Shown here one piece after another: positions 63,103 through 64,000 of a stretch of DNA of 64,000 nucleotides. The DNA is from Rhynchobatus australiae (taxonomy: Eukaryota): the NCBI GenBank assembly GCA_034780895.1, contig JAUZTB010000017.1:22301590-22365589 (forward strand), given 5' to 3'. The position numbers and the translations under genes were made by a program. Under the pieces are notes generated by a model, which searched no databases, was not told the DNA's origin, and saw only the letters and a list, made by a program, of their open reading frames with translations. How positions within the stretch are numbered: the stretch's first letter is position 1; each line of letters begins with the position of its first letter.

Positions 63103-64000
63103 CCTCTCTCTCCCCCTCTTCCCCCCCTCCTCCCCCCGTGTGTCGCAAAATTTATGTATTCCCAAGTAACACCTGAGTTCTTCAGCTCCATGACTGAGAT
63201 TAGAGTAACCTTGGTTCTGGCACATAGGTTTAATAATTTGCCATTTGTCTTATAGGTAATACCATTCCAGTGGGAAGCTTGTCAGAGGAGAGAAAGATTG
63301 AGAAAAAAGCATTGGGGTAATGTCGCTGCCTTGTTTACACTGAGCCTGTTTGGGATGAGAAGGCACTCATGCCTCTGCCATAACTGCAACAGGCTCTCAA
63401 AGATTCCAACCGATCAAAACCATGGAATTTGTAATCGGCACACTGAAGAATTAATCTGAATCTTTGAAAGTACTCCATCAACAACTTAACTTAGTTATAA
63501 TTTAAGGAAAGTATGAACAACAAAAACTCTCTGTCCCTTTCAAAGGAAATCATCCTTTGCATTTGGGCAATGAAAGAGCATGGTTTCTCTGTCTGTTTCA
63601 ATTGCTTGCCACCTTGTACTTGCCAGCACAGCACATGCTGCACAGCCTGCCCTCTCTGGACCATTCCACTTTCCTCCCATTTTTTTGATCTCCAAGAGGG
63701 CTATCAATGATCCCTTCAAAGATCACAATTTTCCAGCTTATCCCAAATATTAGTCATAAATGCCAAACAAAATATTATTGTTAAACTGAAATTGAACTGT
63801 GCTGTCAGTATCAGTGGTGTCTTCTACAACATACCCTGGCTAGAAACAGCAAAAAAAACAGAAACCATCAGCAGATCCTATAAACCGTTACTCAGTGAGC
63901 CTGGGGAGGTCACTGGGAGTGGCTATTCACTGGTGGTTATCTGCTGAACCACCAGTCTTAAGATCACCTGAATTTCTGGACTTTGGTGCCAGCTTGGTTT

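Overview
AT-rich, CpG-depleted vertebrate genomic DNA from a gapped draft scaffold with many N-runs, most exactly 100 N. The repeat content (HE1/V-domain SINEs, a Deu-domain SINE, CR1, RTE-BovB, Rex1/Babar, Penelope) points to a cartilaginous fish (shark/ray); this is inferred from repeats only. I recognise no host protein-coding gene, and almost all listed ORFs are chance ORFs, N-run artefacts or transposon remnants. The window looks intronic or intergenic. It holds decayed retroelements, a Gypsy LTR element with TG..CA ends and a 4-bp TSD, fossils of both PIF/Harbinger genes (DDE nuclease and Myb/SANT) and several repeat-free motif-dense blocks that may be conserved non-coding elements. Best leads: (i) self-complementary Penelope-terminal mini-elements with hammerhead-ribozyme-like cores, (ii) a locally duplicated exon-like unit with a GC donor next to a kappaB/CCAAT/TATA cluster at 61-63 kb, (iii) a CR1 copy carrying an inverted copy of its own flank, (iv) stand-alone hairpins. 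None is proven to be a new system. Family calls come from recalled motifs, not searches, and repeat boundaries are approximate unless stated.
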